Of a stretch of DNA of 38,983 nt, positions 17,626 to 26,825 are shown one piece after another (positions within the stretch are counted from its first letter, which is position 1; each line of letters starts with the position of its first letter). This DNA comes from Pseudomonadota bacterium (GTDB lineage Bacteria; UBA10199; 2-02-FULL-44-16; JAAZCA01): NCBI GenBank assembly GCA_043822785.1, contig JBDRBN010000044.1, positions 1 to 38,983 of the forward strand. Reading direction: 5' to 3'. The notes below the pieces were generated by a model that saw only the letters and a list, made by a program, of their open reading frames with translations, was not told where the DNA came from and made no database searches. The position numbers and the translations under genes were made by a program.

Positions 17626-17682
17626 TTAGCCTGGCAGAACGATCCAGGCGGCAAGGATAATCAATGTGACAATTCTTATCAT
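17626..17682 (-). CDS. 18-aa hydrophobic micro-ORF or signal-peptide remnant
   Basis: MIRIVTLIILAAWIVLPG*, purine-rich upstream; its TAA overlaps the AAGGAG RBS of the peptidase. Confidence 0.35.
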   Translation of the reverse strand: MIRIVTLIILAAWIVLPG

Positions 17683-17860
17683 TTTGATAGTATCCTTCTT
17701 CCTTTTCGGGACCTCGTTCGAGGGTGTTGCGCTCCTTGGCCCCCTGTTTGCGAGGAGCGCAATTCGCAAAAACATCCGTTCTATCCAACACTTGGATCTC
17801 ATTGTCAGCATGGAACCAACTTTCGAAAGCCCGAATGACCTCAAGTCACAAGGTATTTAT

Positions 17861-17877
17861 TTGCAATCGGGGTGCCA
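17861..17877 (-). promoter_or_regulatory. sigma54 -24/-12 promoter
   Basis: Minus strand TGGCAC-CCCGA-TTGCAA, full consensus. Confidence 0.8.
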
Positions 17878-17931
17878 GTTTTTTATTTCACGATGGCTGC
17901 TGTCAAACTCATAACCAGAATTACCTTAAGA

Positions 17932-20484
17932 TTATGCAGGTCTTACTACTGCCATTGTATATGCATCAAGATTAATATATTTCTTTGCCGCTTTTAGTAC
18001 ATCATCTGCATTTACCCGCATTATCTTCTGAGGATATTTTTCTACTTCGTCATAAGGTAAACCATAAAGACAATTAAATGTATGTGTGCTCGCAATTGCT
18101 CCGTTGCGCTGAAGGTTAAGATCATATACTCCCACAAGATATTGCTTTGATCGATTTAGCTCCTCATCATCCACTTTCTTAGTTCTTATTGCCTCAAGCT
18201 CAGCAAGTATTCCCTTCACCGCTGTATCCACCTTGGCTGGTTCTGTTGCTATATAAACTGCAAAGTAGCCTGGCTCTATTCCTTCTTGATTGAGCGAGCT
18301 AACAGCATAAGCCAAACTCATCTTATCGCGCAGTTCCCTAAAAAGCCTACCGCCCTGACCTGATAGTATATTGTTTAGCACTGTCATAGCATAATGATCA
18401 GGGCTTTTGAATTGGGTACCTTGAAAACCTATTACTATATGAGCCTGCTGCTTTTCTCGTTTTGTTACTGTCTTTTCGATAGGCTTTGTCGGCTGTTTGT
18501 CGCTCTTCAGTCTTGGCAATTTAGCCTGGCCGCGCGGCAAGTTGCTGAGCATTTCATTAGCTAAGTTTGTTAATTCATGCGAGTTAACATCGCCTGCTAC
18601 GGTTATTATCATATTCTCTGCCCGCATTATGCTCTTGTGAAAGCGCTTAAGGTTTTCGGCTGTGAGCTTGCGTACAGATTCTTTGGTTCCAAGATTTCTT
18701 AACCCATATGGATGTTTTGGGAACAGAGCCTTTAAAAATTCTGCAAACGCAAGGGTGGACAACGCGTCCTCCTGATCCTTTATGGCCTTAAGAAGTATGG
18801 AACGTTCCTTTGACACCTCTTGGGATGAGAAAGATGGATTGGTAAGCACATCTGCAAATATTTCGAATCCTTCATGAAGATGCTCGCTTAAGAACTCGCA
18901 CCTAACACCACATGAGTTGCGGCCGCTAAAGGCATCTATATGGCCGGCAATTGCCTCTATGTCTTTTGCGATATTGACTGCAGAGCGCCTGTTTGTGCCT
19001 TTTGTCATGGTACGCGCCATAAGCTCAGAGATGCCGTTTGTGCGCGAAGTTTCAAAACGCGTTCCGCCCAGCGCAGCAGCATAGATTGAGACCACAGGAA
19101 GATGATGGTTCTCTATCACAAGCAAGGTGGCGCCGTTTTTGAGCTTAATCCTCTGAACCCTTTCGATCGTTGATTCCTTTTTTACGCCTGGCTCTTTTAT
19201 AGGAGCGGTCATGGCATCAATTATTTCTGCGGGCTTGGATACCCATTTAGAGCCATTAGGTACCACAAGCGATGCGCTTAAGTTTTGTGGCGTTAGATAT
19301 TTTCTTGCAACTTGGCGCACCTTTTCTGCATTCACATCTGCAATCATCTGATAATAGCGCGCTTCAAATTCATGGCTGCCGGCTGTAGCTAAAAATGATG
19401 CGATCTTGCCAGCCTGGCCTCCAACCGTCTCCTTGTCGTAGATCTCGTTTGAACGGATGTTGAGCTTTGCGCGCGAAAGTTCTTCAGAGGTTACGGGCTC
19501 ATCCCTGAGCTTTTGCAGCTCTTTTTGCAAAGTCTCTATGGCGCGCGCTGTGTCCTTGTCGTCAAGCATTGCACCTATAACACACAGGCCTGGATGCTTG
19601 GGCGTAAATGCAAACGAATAGATGTTGTGAACCAAGCGCTGTTTTTCCTTTATCTCTTGTTCTAACCTGGATGATTCTGTGCCACCTAGGATGTGTGCGA
19701 GTATGTCGATGGCTGGAATATCAGGGTGCGTTAGTTCGGGAACATTAAAACCGAGCGAAAGATAAGTGCTCTGTATATTCATCTCTTTGATCGTAAGGCC
19801 GCAGCTCCTATGCATAGGTTCTGGTAAAATCTTTGAGGTTGGAGCGCTTGCTCCTTTGAAATCAGCAAACTGCTCCTTTATTCCTTCAAACATCTTATCA
19901 ATTTTAAAATCGCCTACTGCGATGAATGCTATATTCTGTGGTGCATACCAGCGACGATGAAAGTCCAAAAGCTGATTTTTTGTGAAGGACTTTACTGTAT
20001 GCGGATAGCCGATGATAGGACGCCCATAGGTGTGCACCTTATAGGCTTCTTGAAACAGGCGCTCGAGAGCCATGCGTGCGGGATTATCCTGCTCGCGCCT
20101 TATCTCTTCGAGTATTACCTCTGCTTCGCGGGCCAGTTCGTCAGCATCAAACAGGGGATTTTTTACAGCGTCTGCCAGAATCGCCAATCCTTTGTCAGCA
20201 AATCTGGTAGCCATGTTGATGTAATAGACTGTCTGATCGATTGAGGTATACGCGTTGATATCGCCGCCTGCAGCCTCTACGTCTCTGGCAATGGTGCCGG
20301 TGGGGCGTGTTGGCGTGCCCTTGAAGAGCATGTGCTCTATCACATGGCAGATGCCAGCTTCTTTATCGGTTTCATTTGCGCTGCCTACCTTTACCAGCGC
20401 CTGAAAAGATACCACCTTGGCAGCGTGATTTTCTTCTAAAAGCACCTGCATTCCGTTATCCAGCGTAAAAGTCTTTATGGACAT
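17932..20484 (-). CDS. M16 (pitrilysin/insulinase-family) zinc peptidase, two-module
   Basis: Inverted zinc motif HVIEH, NAYTS, duplicated M16/M16_C architecture. Confidence 0.93.
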   Translation of the reverse strand: MSIKTFTLDNGMQVLLEENHAAKVVSFQALVKVGSANETDKEAGICHVIEHMLFKGTPTRPTGTIARDVEAAGGDINAYTSIDQTVYYINMATRFADKGLAILADAVKNPLFDADELAREAEVILEEIRREQDNPARMALERLFQEAYKVHTYGRPIIGYPHTVKSFTKNQLLDFHRRWYAPQNIAFIAVGDFKIDKMFEGIKEQFADFKGASAPTSKILPEPMHRSCGLTIKEMNIQSTYLSLGFNVPELTHPDIPAIDILAHILGGTESSRLEQEIKEKQRLVHNIYSFAFTPKHPGLCVIGAMLDDKDTARAIETLQKELQKLRDEPVTSEELSRAKLNIRSNEIYDKETVGGQAGKIASFLATAGSHEFEARYYQMIADVNAEKVRQVARKYLTPQNLSASLVVPNGSKWVSKPAEIIDAMTAPIKEPGVKKESTIERVQRIKLKNGATLLVIENHHLPVVSIYAAALGGTRFETSRTNGISELMARTMTKGTNRRSAVNIAKDIEAIAGHIDAFSGRNSCGVRCEFLSEHLHEGFEIFADVLTNPSFSSQEVSKERSILLKAIKDQEDALSTLAFAEFLKALFPKHPYGLRNLGTKESVRKLTAENLKRFHKSIMRAENMIITVAGDVNSHELTNLANEMLSNLPRGQAKLPRLKSDKQPTKPIEKTVTKREKQQAHIVIGFQGTQFKSPDHYAMTVLNNILSGQGGRLFRELRDKMSLAYAVSSLNQEGIEPGYFAVYIATEPAKVDTAVKGILAELEAIRTKKVDDEELNRSKQYLVGVYDLNLQRNGAIASTHTFNCLYGLPYDEVEKYPQKIMRVNADDVLKAAKKYINLDAYTMAVVRPA

Positions 20485-20565
20485 GGCGAATCCTGTTGAA
20501 ATTCAATGGGGTTTTGTTAGGTTGAGGCCCACCTTTAGCAAGGGGTCAAAAGAAAGGAAAGCGAA

Positions 20566-21222
20566 ATGTTAGAGCTTTTGTTCATACGACACGGTCGTAC
20601 GGAATATAATGTAAATCGTAAAGTCATGGGTAGAAAGCCCATACCGCTGGATGATGTGGGCCGAGCTCAGAGCAAAGAACTTGCAGTGAGGCTTTCGGGC
20701 GAGAAAATCGATGCCATAATTTCAAGCCCTGTTTTTCGCGCTATACAAACAGCAGAGGTAATTGCTGCGTTTCACGAAGATTTGAAAGTTGAACAGGATG
20801 AAGGGCTTATTGAGATTGATTATGGTCAGTGGGAGGATCTTACTTTTGATGACCTGGTTGCTAAACATGAGAGCGAGTGGAGAACATATAGAGAAGATCC
20901 GAAGAGAACCTCATTTCCTGGTGGCGAATCTATGAAAGAGGCCGGGCGTCGGGTAGGAGAATTCATGGATAAGATTCTTAAGCGCTTTGATACTGGTAGG
21001 GTAGCGCTCATCTCGCATGCTGATGTTATAAAACTCGCCTTTTTGCATGTTTTGGATATGGAACTAAAATATCTTGTGAGGTTCAGTATAGATAATTGTG
21101 CTATATGCCTTGTGCGTATAACCAAAGATACAGGTCCCAGGCTTGTGATATTAAGCAGCTTAGACGGCATCGGCAAAGATATGATCAGCATTGACAGTAC
21201 CTGTCATCGCGAGCGACCCTGA
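20566..21222 (+). CDS. Histidine phosphatase (phosphoglycerate mutase superfamily)
   Basis: RHG motif, SSPVFRAIQTA, EIDYGQWE, PGGES, ISHA. Confidence 0.9.
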   Translation: MLELLFIRHGRTEYNVNRKVMGRKPIPLDDVGRAQSKELAVRLSGEKIDAIISSPVFRAIQTAEVIAAFHEDLKVEQDEGLIEIDYGQWEDLTFDDLVAKHESEWRTYREDPKRTSFPGGESMKEAGRRVGEFMDKILKRFDTGRVALISHADVIKLAFLHVLDMELKYLVRFSIDNCAICLVRITKDTGPRLVILSSLDGIGKDMISIDSTCHRERP

Positions 21223-21305
21223 GCGAGTGAAACGAGTCGAAGGGGAGCGTGGCGATCTCCATTAGTTTATGAGATTGCTTCGCCCCTACGGAACTCGCAA
21301 TGACA
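21202..21305. repeat. Family-A doublet with a family-F hairpin nested in the left arm
   Basis: TGTCATCGCGAGCGA-CCCTGAGCGAGTGAAACGAGTCGAAGGG-GAGCGTGGCGATCTC ... GAGATTGCTTCG...CTCGCAATGACA. Confidence 0.85.
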
Positions 21306-21318
21306 CAAAGGACGTAAA

Positions 21319-23247
21319 ATGAAAAAGAAGTGGGAACAGGTGTCGATTAAAGAACTTGAAGCAGAGGTGCGCAAACACAACCGCCTCTATTTTGAAAAAG
21401 CCGCGCCTGAGATTACGGATCTGGAATTTGACCGGCTCGTAGAGATTTTGCGCTCCAAGGCACCTGACTCTTTTGCTCTTACGGAACTGCTCTCAGATGT
21501 GCTGCCTACCGGCGTTAAGGTGCGCCACGAAATCCCCATGCTGTCTTTGGATAAGTGTTATGAGGAAAAAGAAATTTTGGACTGGGCTGATAAATTTAAA
21601 GGGGATGTGACAGCCAGCCCCAAGATAGATGGCGTTGCGGTGAGCATAAAGTATGATGCAAAAGGCTGCTTGGTGCAGGCGGCAACGCGCGGGGACGGCA
21701 TAGAGGGCGAGGACATAACCAAAAACGTGCGGCGCATACGATCTGTGCCAAGGCAAATAGGTGCGTTGGCAAAAAAGGGCCGCGATGGCGTTGAGGTGCG
21801 CGGCGAGATCTTTATGCCCCTTTCCGTGTTTGCAAAATACAAGGGCGAGTTTGCAAACCCAAGAAATTTGGCAGCAGGCGCGGTCAAGCACAAAGACCCT
21901 ACAAAGACTGGTGGATATAAACTCTCTTTCTTTGCATATGATCTTCTTGGCGCTGATGCCAAAACCGAGCAGGAAAAACTCAAGATGCTTAAGTCTGCAG
22001 ATTTTCCTGAAATGGAAGTGCACATAATAGAGCGAGATCAAATGCAAAAAGCCTTTGATTACTTTTTCTCTCGCCGTGAAACTTATGATTTTGAAACAGA
22101 CGGCGTAGTGTTTAAGGCAAACGAGGTGGACGAGCAAGACAGGCTTGGCGCTACGGCGCATCATCCCAGGTATGCAATCGCATACAAGTTTCAGGGCGAT
22201 TCTGGGACTACGGTTTTAAAGGATGTGGAGTGGAGTGTGGCGCGCACCGGCGCCATCACCCCTATTGCCATAGTCGAGCCGGTAGAACTCTCCGGCGCAA
22301 TGGTGGGCCGCTCCACCTTGCATAATTTGGGCATACTCAGAAAACTCATCGCTGATGGTCTATTCAAGGGTGCCAAGGTCGTGATGATGAGGCGCGGAGG
22401 GGTGATTCCACATCTTGAATCAGTAGAAAAGCCCGGCAAGGAGCCCATCAAGATACCTTCAACATGTCCTTCGTGTGGTGCAGCCGTGAGAGAGGCTGAT
22501 GATGTGCTCTATTGCACAAATCCAAAAGCGTGCGTGAAAAGCAAGATCGGTGAGCTCGCGCACTTTGTAAAAGTGGTGGGCATTGATGGGTTTGGCGAAA
22601 AGCTCATAGCTCAGCTTTATGAGAACGGCGTTGTCACAGATCCTTCTGAATTCTACGATCTTACAGTTGATGAACTTTTGCGCATGGAGCGCATGGGCGA
22701 GACGCTCGCAAAAAAACTCATCGGCAACGTAGATGCAAATCGCACTATTCCGCTGGATGTATTTTTGCAAAGTTTGGGCATACGCGAGCTGGGAAAACAC
22801 GCGGCAAAGATCTTGGCAGGGTTCGGAAGCCTTAAGAACGTGATGTCAAAGACAGAAGAAGAATTAGCAAATATCAATACAATAGGACCTATCATCGCCC
22901 ATGAGGTGGTAGCGGGCCTTGCTGCAAAGAAAGGGCTTATCGATAAACTCATAAAGCATGTAAAGGTTGAGGCTCATGCAAGAGCTGAGGGCGCATTAGA
23001 AGGCAAGTCATACTTGTTTACCGGAAAGCTTTTGACTATGGAACGCAGCCAGGCGCAAAAGCTAGTTGAGGAGAACGGTGGCGTTGCAGCAGAGTCTGTG
23101 ACCAAAGATCTGGATTTTCTCGTGGTGGGCGATGGCGGCGGCGCTGGATCAAAGTTGGATAAAGCAAAGAAACTCGTCGCATCAGGCGGTAAGGTTAAGG
23201 TGATAGGAGAGAAGAAGTTTGTGAAAATGATTGCCAATAAGAAATAG
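21319..23247 (+). CDS. ligA: NAD-dependent DNA ligase
   Basis: PMLSL, KIDG adenylation motif, ANPRN, DGVVFK, Zn finger, HhH and BRCT domains. Confidence 0.96.
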   Translation: MKKKWEQVSIKELEAEVRKHNRLYFEKAAPEITDLEFDRLVEILRSKAPDSFALTELLSDVLPTGVKVRHEIPMLSLDKCYEEKEILDWADKFKGDVTASPKIDGVAVSIKYDAKGCLVQAATRGDGIEGEDITKNVRRIRSVPRQIGALAKKGRDGVEVRGEIFMPLSVFAKYKGEFANPRNLAAGAVKHKDPTKTGGYKLSFFAYDLLGADAKTEQEKLKMLKSADFPEMEVHIIERDQMQKAFDYFFSRRETYDFETDGVVFKANEVDEQDRLGATAHHPRYAIAYKFQGDSGTTVLKDVEWSVARTGAITPIAIVEPVELSGAMVGRSTLHNLGILRKLIADGLFKGAKVVMMRRGGVIPHLESVEKPGKEPIKIPSTCPSCGAAVREADDVLYCTNPKACVKSKIGELAHFVKVVGIDGFGEKLIAQLYENGVVTDPSEFYDLTVDELLRMERMGETLAKKLIGNVDANRTIPLDVFLQSLGIRELGKHAAKILAGFGSLKNVMSKTEEELANINTIGPIIAHEVVAGLAAKKGLIDKLIKHVKVEAHARAEGALEGKSYLFTGKLLTMERSQAQKLVEENGGVAAESVTKDLDFLVVGDGGGAGSKLDKAKKLVASGGKVKVIGEKKFVKMIANKK

Positions 23248-23290
23248 CGAGACAAGCGAGACCGGCGAGACCGGCGAGACAAGCGAGAAA
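23247..23290 (+). repeat. 9-bp tandem repeat GCGAGANNN x5
   Basis: GCGAGACAA GCGAGACCG GCGAGACCG GCGAGACAA GCGAGAAA, starting in the ligA TAG. Confidence 0.9.
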
Positions 23291-23294
23291 GGAA

Positions 23295-23397
23295 TGTCAT
23301 TGCGAGGAGCTTTAGCGACGAAGCAATCCCCTTAGTATTGTTAGATTTCAGGAGATTGCTTCGCCCGCCAACAATCTTTGGCGAGCTCGCAATGACA
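23295..23397. repeat. Family-A palindromic doublet
   Basis: Same arms; extra GCCAA/TTGGC hairpin in the right arm. Confidence 0.9.
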
Positions 23398-23410
23398 ATT
23401 CGAGACTTAT

Positions 23411-24481
23411 ATGAACACAATAAATACAATCCCCGATTCCTACCGAGGCATTGATGAGGCCGAACTCGATAAGCGCATCTCCTCTGTAAGAGATAAGCTG
23501 GGCAAGGACCTTTGCATTCTAGGCCACTATTATCAGCGTGACGAAGTGGTTAAGTGGGCAGATCATCAGGGCGACAGCTTTCAGCTTGCAAAGTATGGAT
23601 CAGAGACACCTGCAAAACATATTGTATTCTGTGGAGTGCACTTTATGGCAGAGGCATCTGCCATACTGGCAAAGCCAGGCCAACGTGTATTTATGCCCAC
23701 GCTTGAGGCGGGCTGCCCGCTCGCTGATATGGCGGATATCGATCAGATGCAGATGGCATGGCGCGCGCTTGAGGATGTGGGCGCGGCAGATGATTTTGTT
23801 CCAGTCACATATATGAATTCCAGCGCTGCCATAAAGGCGTTTTGCGGTAGTGTTGGCGGAACGGTTTGCACATCATCCTCTGCTGGCAAGGCTTTTGATT
23901 GGGCGGCAAAGCAGCATAAAAAAGTGTTCTTCTTGCCTGATGAAAACCTTGGCAAGAACACGGCATTGGCTTGCGGATTTAAGCCAGAAGAGATCGGTGT
24001 GTGGGATCCTAATGTCGCAGATTATGCTAAGCAGGCTATGCGTTCAAAAGAGGCGAGGACAATCGTGTGGAAGGGCTTCTGCCACGTGCACACGTTTTTC
24101 ACGACCGAGCACGTTGCCAAGGCCAGGAGCAGATATCCAGGCTGCAAGATCGTCGTGCATCCGGAGTGTTTTCCCGAAGTGGTGGATCTAAGCGATGCAA
24201 ATGGATCGACATCGTTTCTCAAAAAATATGCAGAGGATGCGCCTGCTGGTTCGACTGTCGTGATCGGCACTGAGATAAGTTTTGTTAACAGGATCGCAAA
24301 AGAGAATCCTGATAAAAAAGTGCTTCCCTTGGCCCGTTCTTTGTGCCCAAATATGTTTCGCACATCTCTTGCAGACCTGTGCTGGGTGCTTGAGGAGCTT
24401 GGGCAGGTAAATGAGGTGAGGCTGCCTGAGAGGGTTATTTCGGAGGCAAAAAAAGCATTGGATAGGATGTTGGCCTTATAG
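23411..24481 (+). CDS. nadA: Quinolinate synthase
   Basis: LGHYYQR, FCGVHFMAE, AGCPLAD, CTSSSA, GFCHVH, VHPEC, CPNM. Confidence 0.95.
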   Translation: MNTINTIPDSYRGIDEAELDKRISSVRDKLGKDLCILGHYYQRDEVVKWADHQGDSFQLAKYGSETPAKHIVFCGVHFMAEASAILAKPGQRVFMPTLEAGCPLADMADIDQMQMAWRALEDVGAADDFVPVTYMNSSAAIKAFCGSVGGTVCTSSSAGKAFDWAAKQHKKVFFLPDENLGKNTALACGFKPEEIGVWDPNVADYAKQAMRSKEARTIVWKGFCHVHTFFTTEHVAKARSRYPGCKIVVHPECFPEVVDLSDANGSTSFLKKYAEDAPAGSTVVIGTEISFVNRIAKENPDKKVLPLARSLCPNMFRTSLADLCWVLEELGQVNEVRLPERVISEAKKALDRMLAL

Positions 24482-24528
24482 AACTGTAACATCATGAAAA
24501 ATAAGGCGAAAATACTTTAAAAAACACG

Positions 24529-24556
24529 CAACAAAGGGGGGGGTATCAACCGATAA
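24529..24556 (+). promoter_or_regulatory. sigma28-like promoter with a G8 tract in the spacer
   Basis: CAAC-N16-ACCGATAA, then GGAGG RBS and ATG 24578. Confidence 0.5.
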
Positions 24557-24577
24557 CAATAGTGGAGGAATCCCTGT

Positions 24578-25645
24578 ATGTGGAGTGGTGGACAAACATT
24601 GAGCCCGGCTGATGCAAAGGCAAAGGTTGAGGATCTGCGCAAACAGCAGGATGAGTTGCGTCCTGAGCTTCAGGAGTTAGATCGTGAGCAGGGCGAGCTG
24701 GTTAGCCAGCGCGATAACGTTACTCAACCTGCTCATGAGAATGCCTCTGGTGATTATAACGATGCTGCACGCGAATCCTCCAGAAAAGAAGGCGATAAAA
24801 ATGTACTGGAGGGTCAGACAAGGACAGCCGAACAAGAAGAGCGAAATGCCAGGGAAGCGGTTGATCAGTTTGGTCATGATATCAGTCAATCATGGAAGCG
24901 CTTGGATCCAAGTAGAGCTGCTGCTGAGAACGCCTGGCAGATGGCCAGGTTTTTTGAAAAACATTACAGACGTGAGTATTTTGATGATGTTATACAGGCG
25001 CAACTTGAAGCGATTTGTGAGAACAGAAACGCAGGTGGCAAGGCGTTGGTTGCCTTTCATGCAGCTTGCGTAAACATGGCAGCGGCAATGCTTGGTTTGT
25101 CTAAAAACCTTTCTTCGCAGTTAGAGCACGCCTCATACATTACAATCAAGGGTCCTAAAGAAAACCGTGCCCCAGAGCAGTATGCCAATGCCCAGCAACA
25201 AAGTGATAATCTTAAGGCATCAGAAGACGAAATCAGAGAACGCGCCCAAGATCCGCACTATGCTCAAAAACTTAGCGAAGTGCAGGCAAGAAGGGCTGGT
25301 CTTGAGCAGAAGCACAGCGCTGCAAAAGCACAGCACGCTGCTGCCGAGCGCAGAGAAGATGCGGCCAAGAAGGCAAGGGATAAAGCAGCAGAAGAATACA
25401 GGCAAGCTGCTCAGGTTGTGCGTGATAAGGCTGAAGAAGTTGGAAAGGTACAAAATGAATTGCAGGATTTAAGGCGCCAAGAAGAGCGCACCATTAATGA
25501 TCAACAGAACAAACAGGCTGCAAATGCCAATCGTGCTCCAGCTCAGGGGCAGCAGCAGCCTCAACCAGGTGGGCGGCCCGTGCAACAACCCCAAAACACG
25601 CCACCGACAGACGTTAATCCTTTCTACAATGGTCCAAGAAAATAA
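24578..25645 (+). CDS. Hypothetical long coiled-coil protein with Gln/Pro-rich tail
   Basis: Heptad-like E/Q/A/K/R composition either side of a moderately hydrophobic central segment; strong RBS. Confidence 0.8.
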   Translation: MWSGGQTLSPADAKAKVEDLRKQQDELRPELQELDREQGELVSQRDNVTQPAHENASGDYNDAARESSRKEGDKNVLEGQTRTAEQEERNAREAVDQFGHDISQSWKRLDPSRAAAENAWQMARFFEKHYRREYFDDVIQAQLEAICENRNAGGKALVAFHAACVNMAAAMLGLSKNLSSQLEHASYITIKGPKENRAPEQYANAQQQSDNLKASEDEIRERAQDPHYAQKLSEVQARRAGLEQKHSAAKAQHAAAERREDAAKKARDKAAEEYRQAAQVVRDKAEEVGKVQNELQDLRRQEERTINDQQNKQAANANRAPAQGQQQPQPGGRPVQQPQNTPPTDVNPFYNGPRK

Positions 25646-25663
25646 AGCGCACCAGATCTTAAC

Positions 25664-26695
25664 TTAACCAACTTTCCCCACATCTACCCCATCGATCTCG
25701 GTCTTGCATTTAGGGCACAGGCCTTTATTCGTGATCTTGTTGTTTCCTACGAAAAAACCTTTGCGCTCTATAAGAAGTTCATTGCAGTTGTAACAGTATG
25801 TGCTCTCGGATGGGTCGCCAGGCACGTTACCCATATACACATATCTAAGCCCTGCCTCTTTGCCGATCTTGTGCGCCATCTCCAGGGTCTTAAGCGGAGT
25901 TGGAGGTAGATCATCCATGTGATAGTGCGGATGAAACCTGCTTATGTGCCATGGAATCTCGCGTCCTGTCTCTACGATGAAGTTGGCGATGTCTTTAAGC
26001 TCAGAAGGATCGTCGTTCATTTTCGGCACTACCAGCGTTGTTATCTCCACCCAGATTCCCAGCTGTTTCATGTAACGAATGGAGTCGAGCACGCCGTAAA
26101 GCTGTGCCTTCATTACCTTGCGATAGGTATCTTTGCGAAACGCCTTAAGGTCCACGTTGGCAGCGTGTAGGTTTGGATGAATGGCATCAAGCGCATCACG
26201 CGTCATGTAGCCATTGGTGACAAAGTTGTTTCCTATGCCTTCTTTTACTGCGAGCTTTGCGATGTCATATGCATACTCAAAGAATATGGTGGGCTCGGTA
26301 TAGGTGTATGAGATGGATGCACAACCCTTGGACTTGGCTTTTGCCACCACAGCTTGCGGCAACACCTCGCTAAGGTTTGTGATATGCGGGCTGCCCTCTG
26401 CGCGATATTGAGAGATCTCCCAGTTTTGGCAGAAATCACACCTGAAATTACAGCCCGGCGTTGCCAAAGACAACGCCTGGGAGCCGGGCTTATAGTGAAA
26501 CAGCGGCTTCTTCTCGATAGGATCAACGGCAATGGTTACGGGTTTTGCATAGAATATGGAATAGAGCGTGCCTGCATCATTATATCTTACCTGGCATATG
26601 CCATAGCTGCCGTCGGATATCCTGCACCCATGCCTGCACAGACGGCAGTACACCTTTTTATCTTCTTCTTTGGAATACAGCATAGCCTCGTGCAT
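25664..26695 (-). CDS. amrS: AmmeMemoRadiSam-system radical SAM enzyme (PFL-activase-like)
   Basis: CRLCRHGC..GICQVR, DPIEKKPLFH, CNFRCDFCQN, YTYTEP; start moved to ATG 26695 because the upstream extension is repeat DNA. Confidence 0.9.
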   Translation of the reverse strand: MHEAMLYSKEEDKKVYCRLCRHGCRISDGSYGICQVRYNDAGTLYSIFYAKPVTIAVDPIEKKPLFHYKPGSQALSLATPGCNFRCDFCQNWEISQYRAEGSPHITNLSEVLPQAVVAKAKSKGCASISYTYTEPTIFFEYAYDIAKLAVKEGIGNNFVTNGYMTRDALDAIHPNLHAANVDLKAFRKDTYRKVMKAQLYGVLDSIRYMKQLGIWVEITTLVVPKMNDDPSELKDIANFIVETGREIPWHISRFHPHYHMDDLPPTPLKTLEMAHKIGKEAGLRYVYMGNVPGDPSESTYCYNCNELLIERKGFFVGNNKITNKGLCPKCKTEIDGVDVGKVG

Positions 26696-26718
26696 GGTAA
26701 ATACCCCCAAAATAAAGA

Positions 26719-26818
26719 TGCCAGCAAGGCCAGCAACGTTCTGGATATCAGGTCTACCCCCTCCCGACCTCCCCCTTACAAAGGGGGAGGAGGTCACACG
26801 TTGCTTGCTTTGCTGGCA
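26719..26818. repeat. Single family-B arm enclosed by a 21-bp imperfect inverted repeat
   Basis: TCTACCCCCTCCCGACCTCCCCCTTACAAAGGGGGAGG (26753-26790) between TGCCAGCAAGGCCAGCAACGT and ACGTTGCTTGCTTTGCTGGCA (19/21). Confidence 0.8.
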
Positions 26819-26825
26819 ATTTTAT

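Larger units (their letters stand above)
12761..17931. mobile_element. Degenerate integrated island (~5.2 kb, no integrase)
   Basis: Bounded by the duplicated gene end; carries an M4 peptidase, an orphan ORF and a MITE. Confidence 0.7.

Noticed and set aside
17615..17791. N-terminal 59 aa of the 1334-aa ORF
   Set aside because: RBS and signal peptide point to ATG 17614.
25664..26695. Complete AmmeMemoRadiSam system
   Set aside because: AMMECR1 and Memo partner genes are not in this window; only the radical SAM enzyme is supported.
26696..26797. N-terminal extension of amrS
   Set aside because: Translated repeat DNA; family similarity starts at MHEAMLY.
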